From Octopus bimaculoides (lineage: Eukaryota), in assembly GCF_001194135.2 (NCBI RefSeq), contig NC_068995.1, positions 54,832,812-54,896,811 of the forward strand: a DNA stretch of 64,000 nt. Reading direction: 5' to 3'. The position numbers were made by a program, and so were the translations under genes. Of this stretch, positions 25,331 to 40,451 are shown one piece after another; within the stretch, counting starts at the first letter, position 1; every line of letters begins with the position of its first letter. Under the pieces are notes generated by a model. That model saw only the letters and a program-made list of their open reading frames with translations, made no database searches and had not been told where the DNA came from.

Positions 25331-28109
25331 GCTTCTTTCTTCATGGATAGGGTATATTATTCTCGCCTTAAATATGTCCGGGTACTTTCTATTTGCTAAG
25401 AATATCTAAAGAAGGAGCTGTAATGTTTTGCATGACTTGAATAGAATTTTTTCTACACATTGTGTACACCCGGTGAGCAGCTATCATACGAACTGCTATC
25501 ATTCTAAATTTAACTTTGTTAACGGGGACTGGAAGGTTCGGAATTTGATTCAAATTATTAAAGTACGCATAATATACACATTCAGTTGTCATTTCCTTAC
25601 ACATTTTTATGACCATAGCGTGTCTGGTCTTTCGCTGCCTTATATGGTGCTTTTTCATTGTTCTTTAGAATTGTCAACGCGGCATATTGTTATACAAAAT
25701 TCATTACGAAGTTGGACGATTCTTATAGAGAGAAAATAGTTTACAGTTTAAAAACCGCGCATGAATGCGATGCATATTTTTAAACATAAATTTCTAGTTT
25801 GTCCAGATTAAGAGAGAGAAAGAGAGAGAATGAGAGTGACAGTGAGAAAGAGAGAGAGAGACAGACAGAGACAGACAGACAGACAGAGGCGGGAAAGAAC
25901 ACGACATTGAAGAATTTCTTAGATACAAGTTATTATTTCACGGCGAGTCTGCCTTACAAGAAAACTCTTCATGTAGTTACATGTAATATCTTAACTACCA
26001 ACATAATTCACAAGCCATTTTTTTAGTATCTTATTTCCAAGTGCAGAAAGATATGTCCAGGCCGATATTCCACATTGTCCTATCATCTCCGAGATATGAT
26101 GCTGCCATCTTATGGATGATTTGCATTACATCTTTTTACTACAACAAACAATAACAAGTATTTACATCGTAAAATGATGTATGCATACTAATGAATAACA
26201 ATTTATCGAAACAATAACAATAATCGTTAGACAGAAAATTTATATTCTAGATTCTAATAAGAAGTTAAAATTCCCAGTTCAGTTTGAGTAATTTTTCAGC
26301 AAACTCCATCTATTTAGTGTGTGTAGATAAAATTAACAAACACCGTATGAATGAATTTCACATATGCAAAATTTACAATATAACTGATTGGCTAACTGCC
26401 TATTTGCAAACTCAATAGAAGCAATGACAAGATATCATTCCTCCTGCGTTCTTCATTCAAAATAATAATGTTCAATTATAGCGTATACAGTTGGATTGTC
26501 AATCTCATTAGAGTGAAACATTATACTGAAAGAAAAAAAAAAACTCGCTTATTTCATTGTCTACGTAAGGAGTAACATTTAATGAACTATTGAAGAGGAG
26601 AAATCAATATAGACATGGATGACATTTCCAACTTTATGAAAGCTTAAGAAAAGACTAAAGCTGCGAATACGCTTTTGTGAATTAACAATATTATTTATCA
26701 AGAAACATAACATTTATGAGGTCATGTGTGTTACAACAGCTTTCCAAATATATAAACCTACACACACACACACACAGAAACAAACACACACACGCACACA
26801 TACACACGCGCACACACACACAGGCAGCGACAGCAATAACAATAATAACGATACGCACACACATATCAACAAACACACACACATGTGAGCGGACATGCGC
26901 TCATACACACTCACACTCGCACACACGTATTCAGACAGACACACATACACATACACACACACACACACACTCGTGGGCGGACACGCGCTCATACACACTC
27001 ACGCACGCACACTATTCGTACACACACATACACGCGGACACACAAACACACAAGTATTATAAAGAATAAATTCTTTAAATGTTACGATATCCGATAAACG
27101 AACAAAGAAATACCCTTTCAATGAGAAACGGAGGATAAATGTTAAAACTATCATCGCCAAAACTAATCACTTTTAATCCAGTGGCATTTCCTTAATGGTA
27201 TACTATAAAATGAGTTACTTAATATTGCTGGATAAATGTCATCGAGAGATGCAAGTCCTATATTTACATTTTAATAAGAAGAAATGAAAGATCGTTCTCA
27301 TTTCTTTTATTTTATTTTATTTTTAAGAAATCACATCCAGAAAATGTAAATGACAACGACATTTTAGTATCCCTCTCAAAATATTATTTTCCATTTTTAA
27401 ATGATATCGAAAATGAAAATATTTACGATGATGGAACTGGTATGCTTACAATGTGGCAAGAGATTATAATATACAGTGATGAAACGTATTGTTTAATAAG
27501 TCCATTTAGCAATAAACGTAGACTTATTTCCTGTAAAGGAATAAGAATACGAAAATAAGTATAGAGTTATATTTACGACAGAACTCGATTGTAATGATTG
27601 CCAAATCTTTGAGAGGATTATGCGGTATATAAGACTATACAGAATTGCAAGCTCACTATCAGTAGTAAAGAAAGCTGTTTTCCACAGTTCGAAAGTTTGT
27701 CCAAACCGTGTCAGAAACATAGAGCTTTGAAGAATATTTCATGATGCTTGTGATTGTAGCCCAGCCAGCCGTCAGAGACATGCCATTAGCGCTTTTCAAT
27801 GAACATTATACTTCTGGTAATTGATTCGGTGACTATGTTTTCGCATGCAGACATATACCCTCTCCATCATCATCCTCTTAGATTCAGCAGAATATTCAGA
27901 GTATAATGTTCAGCATAAGTTATGAGAGTATATCAGTAAAAGCACGCTACCTATAACAGACGGCATCAAATACTCTCCCCAAGCATAGAATACTCTGCCA
28001 AGTTTATAATTTGAACCAACAAACGTATCAACTTGCGTTAGATATAGAAAATAATCTACGTGTATTAATTTGTATAGCCATTTCGGAATGAGAAAATAGA
28101 GGAGGGTCA

Positions 28110-28272
28110 TTCAAATATGATTGTAGTTCAGATATTCTTCTCTCAGATTCACATACATATTACAGTTTTCCATCGGTTTTTTCTAAGCCCTGTAAAATAA
28201 TTCGGAATTTTGATCCTCCAGCCAGTTCTTGCTCTATGCTCTTAAAGCCAAGAACTTTTCAGCAATCCGTTG
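28110..28272. mobile_element. Mariner-derived MITE, degenerate copy of the 39158 family
   Basis: tgatt...atattc(t/c)tctctcagat and the right end aagccaagaacttttcagcaatccgttg|ta match 39158-39339. Confidence 0.65.
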
Positions 28273-28677
28273 TATAGATTTTGTTTATTCCAATATTATG
28301 TTGTGAAATTTCAATTTCAAGGACATAGTTAAAATATGAATCACTCATACGCTTAGAAAGAAATTTAAGGATTCTAGGTATCAACCAGGAAATATCAATT
28401 CCAATGTGTTTAGAAAATTACTATCCCTGAATTCTAACTATTCTAGTAACATATTCTATGTGATTCCATTTGTCCGGCAGCACAATTTTATTTTTCAGAA
28501 ATCAGCCTATTCACTATTATTTCGTAAATTCCATTCGCAGCTCAACACTCATTCCATCATATATCCATCGAAATGTAAGCGCGTGTGTGTGTGAATCGGG
28601 GTGTGTGTAAAGGCACGTTTATATATATATATATATATGCACATGTAAAGGTGTCTATGTATACACATATATGTCTC

Positions 28678-28725
<48 letters not shown>

Positions 28726-28881
28726 TATATATATATATATATANNNNNNNNNNNNNNNNNNNNNNNNNNNNNNNNNNNNNNNNNNNNNNNNNNNNNNNNN
28801 NNNNNNNNNNNNNNNNNNNNNNNNNNNNNNNNNNNNNNNNNNNNNNNNNNNNNNNNNNNNNNNNNNNNNNATATATAGGCA

Positions 28882-29160
28882 TACGTATTCTGTTCAATAT
28901 GTATCCGGAGAGTTGCTGTAGTAACGAGGCTGAAGCAGGCAGAGTGAAGCCGCTTGGCACAGATTGAGAGGGAACGCTGTTGTGTATGTGCATTACGTTT
29001 TTACGCTCTAGCTCACTTACCCTGTTTAAAGCGGTGCTTGGAATCAACGTGTGCAGCATGTGATTGTCGCATTGACCATGATAGAGAAAGTTGAGTAGCG
29101 AATCTGCATCAAATTTTGCCGAAAGCTTGGTGATACCTATTCAGTAGCCTACGCAATATT
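28882..29160 (+). mobile_element. Mariner left end with start of transposase
   Basis: TIR-like tacgtattctgttcaatatgtatccgg; from ATG 29078: MIEKVE*RICIKFCRKLGDTYSVAY. Confidence 0.7.
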
Positions 29161-29410
29161 CATCGTTCTCGACACAATTAAGTAAAGTTTGTGCAACTGA
29201 AACCCGAGTGTCTTTTTGGTCAACTAAAAACAATTTTGACATACATTTGACTGAACGTGTCTCATTCCCAATTCTTGACCGATAAGGGAGTGAACTGAAC
29301 CGTAACTAATCTGATAACTTAAGGATGGTAATTCGAATATTTACTCTCACAGCTGGACGCACATTTACAATGTTTTTCCTTGAATCTGGTGGTTGCAAGT
29401 CTCCTACAAC

Positions 29411-29459
<49 letters not shown>

Positions 29460-30039
29460 TGTGTGTGTATATTTCTGTATCATGTTCATGATCATGATCA
29501 TCATCGTAACTATTACTATTATTATCATTCGTTTAACTCAAGTGTTCCTGGAATCCTTACTTTCATTTTCATCCCCTTTCTCCTTCTCCTTCTCTTCCCT
29601 TTTTAGTTCCTTTAAAACACATACACATATTGAAAGATTTCCATGAATTCCTTCATATTTTGAAATGTCTTCACTGAGGAACTTTGAGGTAGTCGAATCG
29701 CTGCATTTCCTCTAGTATATCAGGCAAACCTGAAGTGCATGTACATACATACATACATACACAAAATGTACCTACGTTGAACTATTGACAAATCTGCAGT
29801 TACTCTATTCAGATTAAGAGTTCAGGTTTAAACATCTCAAACAAGAAAGGAGGAAGCCGATTCAAAGACGAAGAGTACAGATCAAATCCATCACTAGAAC
29901 TGTAAAATCTATAAAACTTTTCAAGCCGTTATCATTTAAGTATATATGAGCATATCTAGAAATGGAAGTATATGCATGAGAATACGTACATAAAACAAAA
30001 CATACAAATCTGCAGTCATACATATATACATACAGGCAT

Positions 30040-30155
30040 ACAAAATTACCCTGTTGTTGAAGGTGAAATTCCAACGAAGTAGCCTTGGATCTAGGTTAGA
30101 AACCTGCTCTTTCTCAATTGGCAAGAAATCATGAAATAAAAGTGAACAATGACAT
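30040..30155 (+). mobile_element. Interspersed repeat (probable LINE 3' tail), same family as 59405-59720
   Basis: gaaattccaa...gatctaggttagaaacc...ctctttctc...ggcaagaaatc.tgaaataa is shared with the copies at 59405-59720. Confidence 0.7.
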
Positions 30156-30206
30156 GCATATATACATATATAAATACGTACGTACACACACAAACACAAA
30201 GACAAA

Positions 30207-30239
<33 letters not shown>

Positions 30240-31945
30240 ATGTATATATATATATATATATATATAATCAAATGAATAATAACATACGATGGATAATTGT
30301 CAGCTCTTTACAGTTGTTTTTTACGTAAATTTTAATAGAAGAATGAGGACATTACTCCATTACAAAAGACCGTGATCATGTGATGAGAAGCAAATTTACA
30401 AACAAAAGAATATCCGAAGAATACAGTAGGAATGTGGCTGAAGTATATCGATGATTACTACGAAATGGGAGAATGACGAACTATGTTGTCCGTTGAAGTT
30501 AAGAACACAGTTCTTGAAAGTGTGTCTAATATGATATCTAATGTCAGCGAATGGGATTGGAAGGAGTCCGATAGGCTAGATAATAGGTGGACTGGAGTGT
30601 CGTGTAAGTGATAATTTATTGAAGTAGACTCAGAGGATTGGTAAGTAAGGAGAGGTCATAAAATAAATTAAGGTGAAAGGAAGAAAAAAGAAATAATAAA
30701 TAAATCAAAAGTAATGTTGAAAGATAATAAAAACCATACAAGCCAATTAGGCATAGGGTCGGGGCATAGGAATCTGTAGCTAATGCGAAATGACCAGAGG
30801 AGGGAGACAGAGATACACAGAATTTAGGGATTTTCAGTGGATATTGGTTCAGAATTTGGGGAAGGGTACGACGGCATTTAGCATTTGCTGAATCAATATT
30901 TAGGTAATGCTTCTTTTTTTTTTTTTAAATAGGCTGTAAAAATAGAATACCATCCATTTATGAACCAACATCCGTTACCATATTAACAAATGCAACAAAT
31001 AAGGAATTAACCCTTACATTATCGTTTTAATTTTATTACTCTCATCCAAGCCAATGTTTAATATGTTTTTTGTCGGAGAGCTAATTATATTTATCGGTTT
31101 ACGTAATTGTTTTTTTAGGCATGTATATTTATATTGTGTAAACGAAGCTTCGAAACATTTATTATAGCAATGTTTTTCATTACATTTTGACATTAATGAC
31201 TGTCCGTTAAGATAAATATCGATTGAATTGAATTTTGGCATAATGCCTAAAACATTGCTATTTTGTTTTGCTGCTTATTAAAATACATGATTCTGAAGCT
31301 CACTAACAAACACTATCACCTGTCTATGCTTCTCATACATACAGAGTCATACAAATATACACTATTATTTAACTATGCCTAACAAACGCTCCCATAAACA
31401 GCGACAAATCATTTTCATAAGCATGCTTGCCATAAATGGAAGGCTGAAGAGTGAAAGGAAACAGATTAATAAAAACTATAATATGTTTCTTTATTAGCCA
31501 CACAGGGCTCAACATAGAAGGGACAAAATACAAATGTAGAGTTTTTCTTTTGGAGGGGGGCGAAAAAAAACAGTGGGGACAACGATGGAAAAAGAACATC
31601 GCAAAACGTTTGGGGTATTTACAAAAAATATGAAATAATACAGAAAATTCCCAATAAATGGGGAGGTTATCCGTGGAAAGAAAAACCTACGAAAAGACCA
31701 CGGTAACCTCGGTCCTTAGTGTCACAGTTTGTTAAATAAAATTTCTTTTATTTATGCAAGAAACGTAAGTAACTCTCTGTTTACAAAATTTTAAAACGTT
31801 TTATAGTTTGACAGATTAGATACCATACACGTATATATTATATAAACTAACAATTCTTCATTGATCTGGGTAAAAGTAAAGTTCAGACAGCTTATATAAA
31901 GCAAATAGTTTCTATTCAACTTCCTAACCCTCTCACTCTCTTTTC

Positions 31946-31947
31946 TT

Positions 31948-32003
<56 letters not shown>

Positions 32004-32025
32004 CCTGCCTACCTACCTACCTACT
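31946..32025. repeat. (ATCT)n grading into (ACCT)n
   Basis: Direct reading. Confidence 0.95.
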
Positions 32026-35000
32026 TACATATGTATATATGTATATATGTGTGTGTGAGAGAGAGTGTGTCTGTACATATGTGAGTGTGTGTAAGTCTGC
32101 CTACGCGTGTGTCTGCCAGGGTCTATGTATGTATCTTTATGCATTTATATATATGTGTACGTATATATATATACATATATACATACATGTATGTATGTTT
32201 ATGTTTATGTATATATGCGTATCTTTCTAACACTCTCTCTCTATATATATATGTGTGTGTGTGTGCGCCTCTACCTGTCCGTATGAATATGCATGAACAT
32301 AATACTACTCGACTAAGTATTAATCTTCTTTTCACCTTCTACTTTCTTTTACCTCTGAGCAGTTATGACAGCGAAAGCTGATGTCATTGTATCTAAAGTG
32401 GTGCGCAAGATATCCTCGTTCATATTTGAACTTTTTGTGTTTCTGTAATATTATTTGCTTTTATTCATTCCCTCACTTGATGGGTATATTACCACAAGCC
32501 AGCCGACCCTAAAAATCATTAGAGAGACATATCTTCAATGATGTACCTCATGATACCCAGACTGATGGTTCGAAACATATGTTGTACCTAATTCTCCCTT
32601 AGCCCTCTCCATTCTGGCTACATTACCCCATAATCTAGACACCAAATGCAAACAACATGTGGATTATTGGAACAGTGACCACGTGTACATTTTCCAAAGG
32701 ATCGTTTTAATCTCAGCTTTTTCATTTGTGAGGAAGCAAAGCCCTACTTTCATCATGAACGCTCTCCATCACACTTAGACGTCAATTTAAGTTAAACGGG
32801 TAATTTGTAACCATTTGATCATATGAAATAGTTTTGTTTCGTTTTCATCAATGGATTCTCCTAGTAAAATTACATTAATGGAAGTTCTAGAACTGCCTCC
32901 TAAAACCTGGTTTTCCACTTCACACCGGAAGATATTTCATCGTGCCAAAACGAATGACCTTCAACAATATTCAGATGATAACACATGGAAATAATTTTCA
33001 TAAGTTTGTTTAACATATAGAAAGTCAGAAACCCTCCCCATAAGGTACTCCATGCCACTTAAGCAAACGCAAATTTTAAAAAACATATGTATAAGCGACA
33101 CAGGCAGCAAATACTCTCCCTCATGCCTCTGCCTTTCAAGTGAACTGTTTCCTCGATGTTCCTTTCCGAATGTTCTATAAGAGCGTCATCCCATAGATAA
33201 CAGGGGCGTGTCAAGTCTGACAATACTGACATTCTAAACCCATCATCACTGTAGATTTTAACACCTGAGATCACACATTGACCACTACGCTTAGCTCTTT
33301 AGTGAGATGACGATCGTAGTGATATCACTTATCTGGGATTTTTACATGAGTTTACTTGCATTCATTCAAGATGATTCTTGATGGAACATATGTCAGCTGT
33401 TTTAGAGAATTTGAAAAGGCTACAAGCACGGCTACGTTCTCCAGACACGCACGAACGAGAGCATTAAAACAATGATGCTGCTGTTAATTCTATTGTCTTT
33501 ATTTGCAAATATCATTATATACAATATTCATATGATTCTAGGGAATATAAATGTAAATTATATCTCCATCAATATAGAAAATTTAATTAGTACATTCGGT
33601 AATTATACAATAATAAGGCAATTATATTTAAGAAATTGTCCGTACAATACGCCATGTGTTCGTGTTTAAAATAATATATTTAACAAAATATCACTGTGAG
33701 ATATTCTATAAATAAATAATCTATATCAAAGTGTATTTTGGAAATTTAAATTTAAAATTTCTTCGATAGGCAATTTCATAATCTAATTATCAAATTAAAT
33801 CTAAATGTATTGTCAGAGAGAAAAGACACGACAATCGGCATTAACAGACATTATATGAAAAAAAGAGACAAAATACCGAAAAAAAGAAACAAAATACCGA
33901 AATAAAAATGCAATCCTAGTGAAAATCGTTTGTCTGATTCAGTGAAGAATATTCATAATTATCGTCTAACGAAACAATTAGTTCGATAACTGGCCAGACT
34001 CATGAAAAATAATACTTCAAACGCCGAAATTTATAAAAATAACATCAGCCTATAATAGATTCGTGTATAATATCTTTAATGTGAAAAATTCTACAAACAT
34101 TAAAATCAAAACAAAAATGAAGTCCGTTTGTTGTGAATTGTATGACAATAATCTGTGCACTGAAACATCTGATATAAAATATAGTTTATCTTTTATTCTA
34201 GAAACAACTTCTCAATATAATTCCGCAAATCTAATAGAATTTGAAAAAAAATATAGACGTGCTTTCAGAGAATCGTGGCTATCGCCGGTTAAATTTACCG
34301 TTATGATTCTTTGTTTACAGTTGTTAGAAAGGAATAAGTATGAAACAGAACAACAGAAGATAAGTATAGTATATCTCTAACAGGAAAAAGCATAAAAAAG
34401 AAAAGCTCCCATTTGGCTAGAGTGCATGCACACGCACACACACACACACACGTACACACACATACACGTACACACATATACATACACGTAAGTTAATGCA
34501 CACAGGAGTTATATGGGAGCTATTTCAGGTTCCAATTTCTGAATGCTTAGCAATCAGAACATTTTATTATTTTTTATGCCAGTTTGAAAGTCTGATTAGT
34601 TCCCGTCTAACACCTGAATTTCTCAAGCTACAATGCGGATCCTATCGACCTTTCAACAACTGTGTATATGTGTGTGTACGTGTGTGTGTGTGTGTGTGTG
34701 TGCGTGCGCTCGCGTATGTGTGTGCGTGTGTGAGCGTGTTGCGTGTGTGTGTGTGTACACATATATATATATATATTTTTTATTCTACTTGATACAGCCG
34801 TTTGCCGATTTTTATCTCGTACTTTGTTCTACGGAATAGTTTTGCTTATAACTAAGATGGATAGGTTCTTGTCGAGATCTATCATTTATGTTAAAATAAA
34901 ATATAGATTTATTTTAAAAGTATTTGAGTTTAAAGTCGATTTCAGGCGTTATTCTTCCTCACATATTTAACTCAAACTTTTTCTCTACTCATCCAAATTT

Positions 35001-36659
35001 TCAAAATGTTTACCTCGAAATGTAGCGTACGGTGTGACCAATCTAAAAATGTAAACATCATCTAATTTATTTAAAAACTGAGTAAGTGACGAAGCCTAGT
35101 GAGTAAATGTTGAACTTAAGAATATTATTCACATACTACCATGTGTGAGATCTAGCAGAAAAGTTGAATTTAAATATAGTTTTCCTTTGAAATAAGAATA
35201 ATATTTGGAGTCAAAATCGATTTCAGGCATTAATCTCCCTTTTTTTTTTGTTGCCGGTTTTTACCTCAGTCCCTTTTTTCTACCGAATGGTTCTGCATAT
35301 AAGTAACATGGATAGATTCCTCTCGCCGAGATCTATCATACAAGCTAAAATAAAGTATAGATTTCTTTAAATATATATATATATATATATATACTGAAAG
35401 AAAGAGAGGGGGAGTGAAAGAGGGAGAGAGAAAGAAATTGTTTGATCGATAAATAAATGAACAAATAAATATTCGTATATATTTATATACGCTTAGATTT
35501 CACTCTCTATATATTTATGTATATGAGTGTATTAAAAACAAAGCATGAATAGATTTGTTATGTGTGTGCGTGCATCTATTTCTGTACGTGTATATGCATA
35601 ATGCAACTTCTAACACATCTTAAATTTCAAGACTTTACCAACTTTTAAAATTTATTCCCTTACGTGAAAATAAACTTCCTACATCATACTGTATATAAAA
35701 TTTATAGAGATTATTATAATATAATAACTTCATAATTCAATTTACTTGTTCATACGGTTTCAATATTTTTGTAACTGAAATACTAAGTAAACCTAATTTA
35801 CACATCCTCTGTTTTGTGTTTTAAAATCCTTTGAAACAGTGAAAAAAATAATTGTTTCTTTACGCTGCAACTCTTGCTGTTGCGCATACCATACTTCACT
35901 CTGTCATAATTTCAGCTGCAGGTATTTCGTATGAGATGTGCAGCAGAATTTAATTTATCTTCTTTTTTGCTTTTACAGTTTATCTTTGTCATCATGTGTT
36001 TCTCGATTATAATATATGATCTCTTCTTATACATTGTCTCTTTACTTTTCATCACAGTCATGAGATTGTGATCATGAACAGGATGATTATCTTCAACATC
36101 ATCATCGTCGTTGTTGTCTTTCTATTTGTCGTTTTGTCGTCGTCATCATAGCATTATCGTCTTCACAATCATCATCATGTTCGTCGTCATCGTCATCCTC
36201 CTCATAATCATGAATGCTGTCATTATCGTCATGATACCTATGCATGTAGTTTTATTTTCAATATTTTATCCCAAATTTTCACACTTCTACTTTTAACATT
36301 CCTTTAACTCCATTTTTTTTCGATTCTCCTATGCCTTCCCGTTATTACGTGATTTTGTTTGTTCTCTTCGATTTTATCTACCCAAGTTTGTACACTTCTA
36401 TGCAAATCTCATTATACTTTGTTTATTACAAATATAACTTTACTATTTTCTTTCAAGACAAGTACACAAATGTCTGCCATAATTATTCACACGCTAGTGT
36501 TTTGTGGAGTCGAATCCGGAGTAAACTTGAGATTCATGTAGATTCCGAATCCCTTTCTTAATAATCGTCGCTATTTATCTTGTTGATGTTTGTGCATTCT
36601 TTGTGAAAACAATTCTATGCGTTACAACCAAACTTTCAGGCAGCGACCATCCGATTATG

Positions 36660-36805
36660 TTCTCATTAGTATGTTTAAAAGGCTTGCTTTCCAGTTAGGT
36701 GAGTTTGGTGTCATTTTTCACTGCGTTGGATTTTAGCAGAGTATCTTTATCTATAGCCCCGGACCGCCCTGTGAGTTTGGTAGAAGCTGTGTGGAGCCCC
36801 ATCTT
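36660..36805 (+). mobile_element. SINE family B, degenerate
   Basis: aggcttgctttcc...cactgcgt...tatctttatctatagcccc...tgtgagtttggtag resembles the sense strand of 14145-14303. Confidence 0.5.
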
Positions 36806-37369
36806 AAAGACACAGAAACACAGGCATAAACATGCATACACAGTCACATATGTATGTGTGTGTGTTTGTATTTATCTATGCGTTTGTCTCCCACAACCAC
36901 TGGCAAAATATCATTACAGTCGTTTATGTGTCTTGGTAGTTACTCTCGGACAGGAAATTATTGCACATCGACAGGCAACTCTGTCCCCAATGTTACGCAT
37001 ATATCCCTACTCTGAGTGGGAACGATATTGACAGATGCTAGAAAAGTAAACCGAAGACACGTGGTGAAATCATCATTGAAGAAGTCTCAGGTTAGATTGT
37101 CGAAATTTACAAGTGCTGAGCTAAGCCAAACAACTGATAAAACAGATAAACATAGATCTGTTCTATGAAAGATAATTCAATGAAATGTGTCTAATATGAT
37201 GAAATGTGTAATATTATATAAAGACTTGCTACAAAATATTGACGCGAAGTATCATTCATTTAAAATATTGCTTCCATGAAGTGATTAAAAGCTAAATTCT
37301 AAAGTATCATCAAAGTTGAAGCACCTCAAATATCAATTACAAAAAAAGATAGATGATATGACAGGCCTT

Positions 37370-37820
37370 GACCATTGGGGCTGACTAGAGGCTCAACGCC
37401 GCAGTCAGCTCTACATCATCTGCATGATGTGGAAATATTCCATCAGCATTGCTCAAATAGCTTTGGCATCTCCTTCAATATACACTCAAGACTGGGGCCC
37501 CGTGCTATCCACTCACAAAATAAATCATCCTAGCATCACATAACAACAATAAGGCAGCATTATTTCACTTCAATAAGCTCCGTTCACTTTAACATTACAC
37601 CAAAACACATTAAAGCAGAAACATACGCAATAAAGTTCAAGAAGTCTTTAGACAAATTCCTTCAAGAAATCCTGGATAAACCTCTTCATAAAGAATATGT
37701 CTTCATAAAGAATAGCTCTCTTCTCTATTGGGCCATGTTGTCCGATTTCTGATTTTAATGATTTTACCATGTGGTGCTATAAAGTTAGACATAGCCTGGG
37801 CCAATACAGACCGAAATCTA
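37370..37820 (+). mobile_element. CR1-type LINE 3' end remnant
   Basis: QRRSQLYIICMMWK...RLGPRAI...IKFKKSLDKFLQEILDKP; overlaps the homologous part of 13212-13360. Confidence 0.7.
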
Positions 37821-37869
37821 TCAAAGTATCAACACAGACAGACACACACACACAGATACACAGACACAT

Positions 37870-37913
<44 letters not shown>

Positions 37914-39157
37914 ACACACACACACACACACACACANNNNNNNNNNNNNNNNNNNNNNNNNNNNNNNNNNNNNNNNNNNNNNNNNNNNNNNNNNNNNNNN
38001 NNNNNNNNNNNNNNNNNNNNNNNNNNNNNNNNNNNNNNNNNNNNNNNNNNNNNNNNNNNNNNATATATATATATATATATACATACTGACATATGCGAAT
38101 TGTGTCAGCATGTGAAACAATTAGTTAGTTCTGTGTTTTAACTGTAATGAGTTATTATTGCCAGAATCCTAGGTTTGACTGCAACTATGGAATATTATTT
38201 GGTGTTGCCGGTATTTAAAACGTGAAATACCATCTTTCAATTCTTTAGGTATCTATAATTGTGGTGCTGCTAAAACATAGCGGAAAAAGTGCAGGCATTT
38301 ATACTGATAACTTCATATAAGGCTTTTTTAATGCTCACAATACATTATATTCTGAAACGACCTTTTGAAATAGCAAATCTAAAATCAGCTGCGGAATTTA
38401 AGTACTGTAAAAGGGTTTATTTTTACGTTAAAAAATGAACGAGGAATTTCATTTTATCTGAACGAACTCAATCATGAGCGGAATTTAACTTAAAGGTTAA
38501 ACTCTCGCTGGTAGATACGCAATGCAATTTATCTTAGTTCTATTCTTTCAAATGGTTTTCTTTTAGGAATAGTTTATATGTCATCAAATGTCGCTAGAAC
38601 GAACAAAGAATAACAGAAGCCCAAAATGAAAGAAAAATTACACACACCGTAGCACTACCAAAAAGCAATGTTTCGTTCATTTTTTTATAGTTTCATTGAA
38701 TGGAATAAATTAGAGTAAATTAATAAAATAGTAGCTATTTCAATAACAAGCGTACGTTCCTGACACATAAATTCCAGCAACCATATATATTCTGTAATAA
38801 CGGAAAAGTAAGTATTTTATATTAGGTAAATGCAAACTATTTTGCTTGGGACTTGGACTGACTTCATTTTGTGACAGTAATCATCTTAGGTATATCGTTA
38901 TTTTGTAAACGCAGACGAATTTCAATGCAAATATTGCAAGGCAATCTTCATTTCAAATTAATTGTAGTTTCCTATGTTTCCTGTATATATATATATATAT
39001 ATATATNNNNNNNNNNNNNNNNNNNNNNNNNNNNNNNNNNNNNNNNNNNNNNNNNNNNNNNNNNNNNNNNNNNNNNNNNNNNNNNNNNNNNNNNNNNNNN
39101 NNNNNNNNNNNNNNNNNNNNNNNNNNNNNNNNNNNNNNNNNNNNNNNNAAATATATA

Positions 39158-39339
39158 CGAAGGGTTGCTATAAAGTTTCTGGCTTGGGGAAAAAGACAAT
39201 ACACGAGGATCAGTTAATTATGATTTTATTCAACATATTCCTCTCTCAGATCCAAACACTTCACCGTTTTTAAGCTCTGTAAAAGAGTTCCGAGGCTGGT
39301 GCTTTTACGCTTTAATCAGGAGCGTCTTAGCATCCCTCG
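39158..39339. mobile_element. Complete mariner-derived MITE (182 bp) with TA target-site duplication
   Basis: TA|CGAAGGGTTGCTA...TTAGCATCCCTCG|TA; imperfect TIRs of about 26 bp. Confidence 0.8.
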
Positions 39340-40250
39340 TATATTTCCACACACACACACGCACCCACACACACATACACATAGTACATACATGAATATA
39401 TATGAAAGAAATTGTATATTCATTTTCCTGAATAATCTCTGACATAAGATGTTTCCTAGACGCAGTAACACATCGCGTTCTTTGATCTAATTACATCACT
39501 ATAGATGTTTATTTCTCGCCCATATAATAAATTCTCACTTATATTGTTTCTTCTCTATTTTATTTTGTTCTTGGTAAATATTCTCAACGATAAAATGAAA
39601 CTTGTTGATATATTTATTGCACACTCAATATTTTTATCGCTAGCAAATGTGTACAATATAATTATATAAGGTAAGTGGAGTAAGTTTTCTTCTTTTAGAT
39701 TTCTCTCTTTTCTAACGAAGCAGTTCGATCCTACATATATAAAAAAATATCTACAGCACTAATACACTGAATATATGTGTACATTCATCTGTATTTTATC
39801 TGGTCTTTCTTTTCTTTTAATGTTGATGTAATTCGTCGCTAAAAGCATTATGCACTCGTTCGGTACATCGAGTAAAAGTCAATATCAGGTTTTGCTCTAT
39901 CACTGAAGGCGTTGTTAAATCAGATTCAACGTAGATATTTGTTAGAATCTGATATTTTTATTCTCAATATTTAGTATAGTCGTATGGGGTATTTTATAGG
40001 TATTTTATATAAGCAATTTCAACCTATCACGTGACATTTTATAATTGTTTATTTTTTACTACGTAGAGAAACCAGCTTGTTTAGTAGCCAGCGTATAATA
40101 ACAGTAATATAAAGGGACACAAAAAAAAAAAAAGAGAAAGATTTTCAGAGTTTGCGATAACGGAATATAATCCCCAATACGTTTTTATCATCTTTTGCTG
40201 CCCGCTCTATGATACAGTAATTCGATAGGGGATAATATTACTATAAACTG

Positions 40251-40311
<61 letters not shown>

Positions 40312-40451
40312 TTCAGTGTGTTTATGCTGAAATATATATTATTGAGGAATTCATAATGAAATTCATCTTGACGTTTGTTTATGTTACTTTCCGTTTTTCT
40401 TTGTTGTAGTTCATCATATATTGTTGTTTACTAATTTATATGGTAATTTAC

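Noticed and set aside
34063-34380. 105-aa ORF with internal splice-like sites
   Set aside because: AT-rich, no ATG start and no recognisable domain; within chance expectation.
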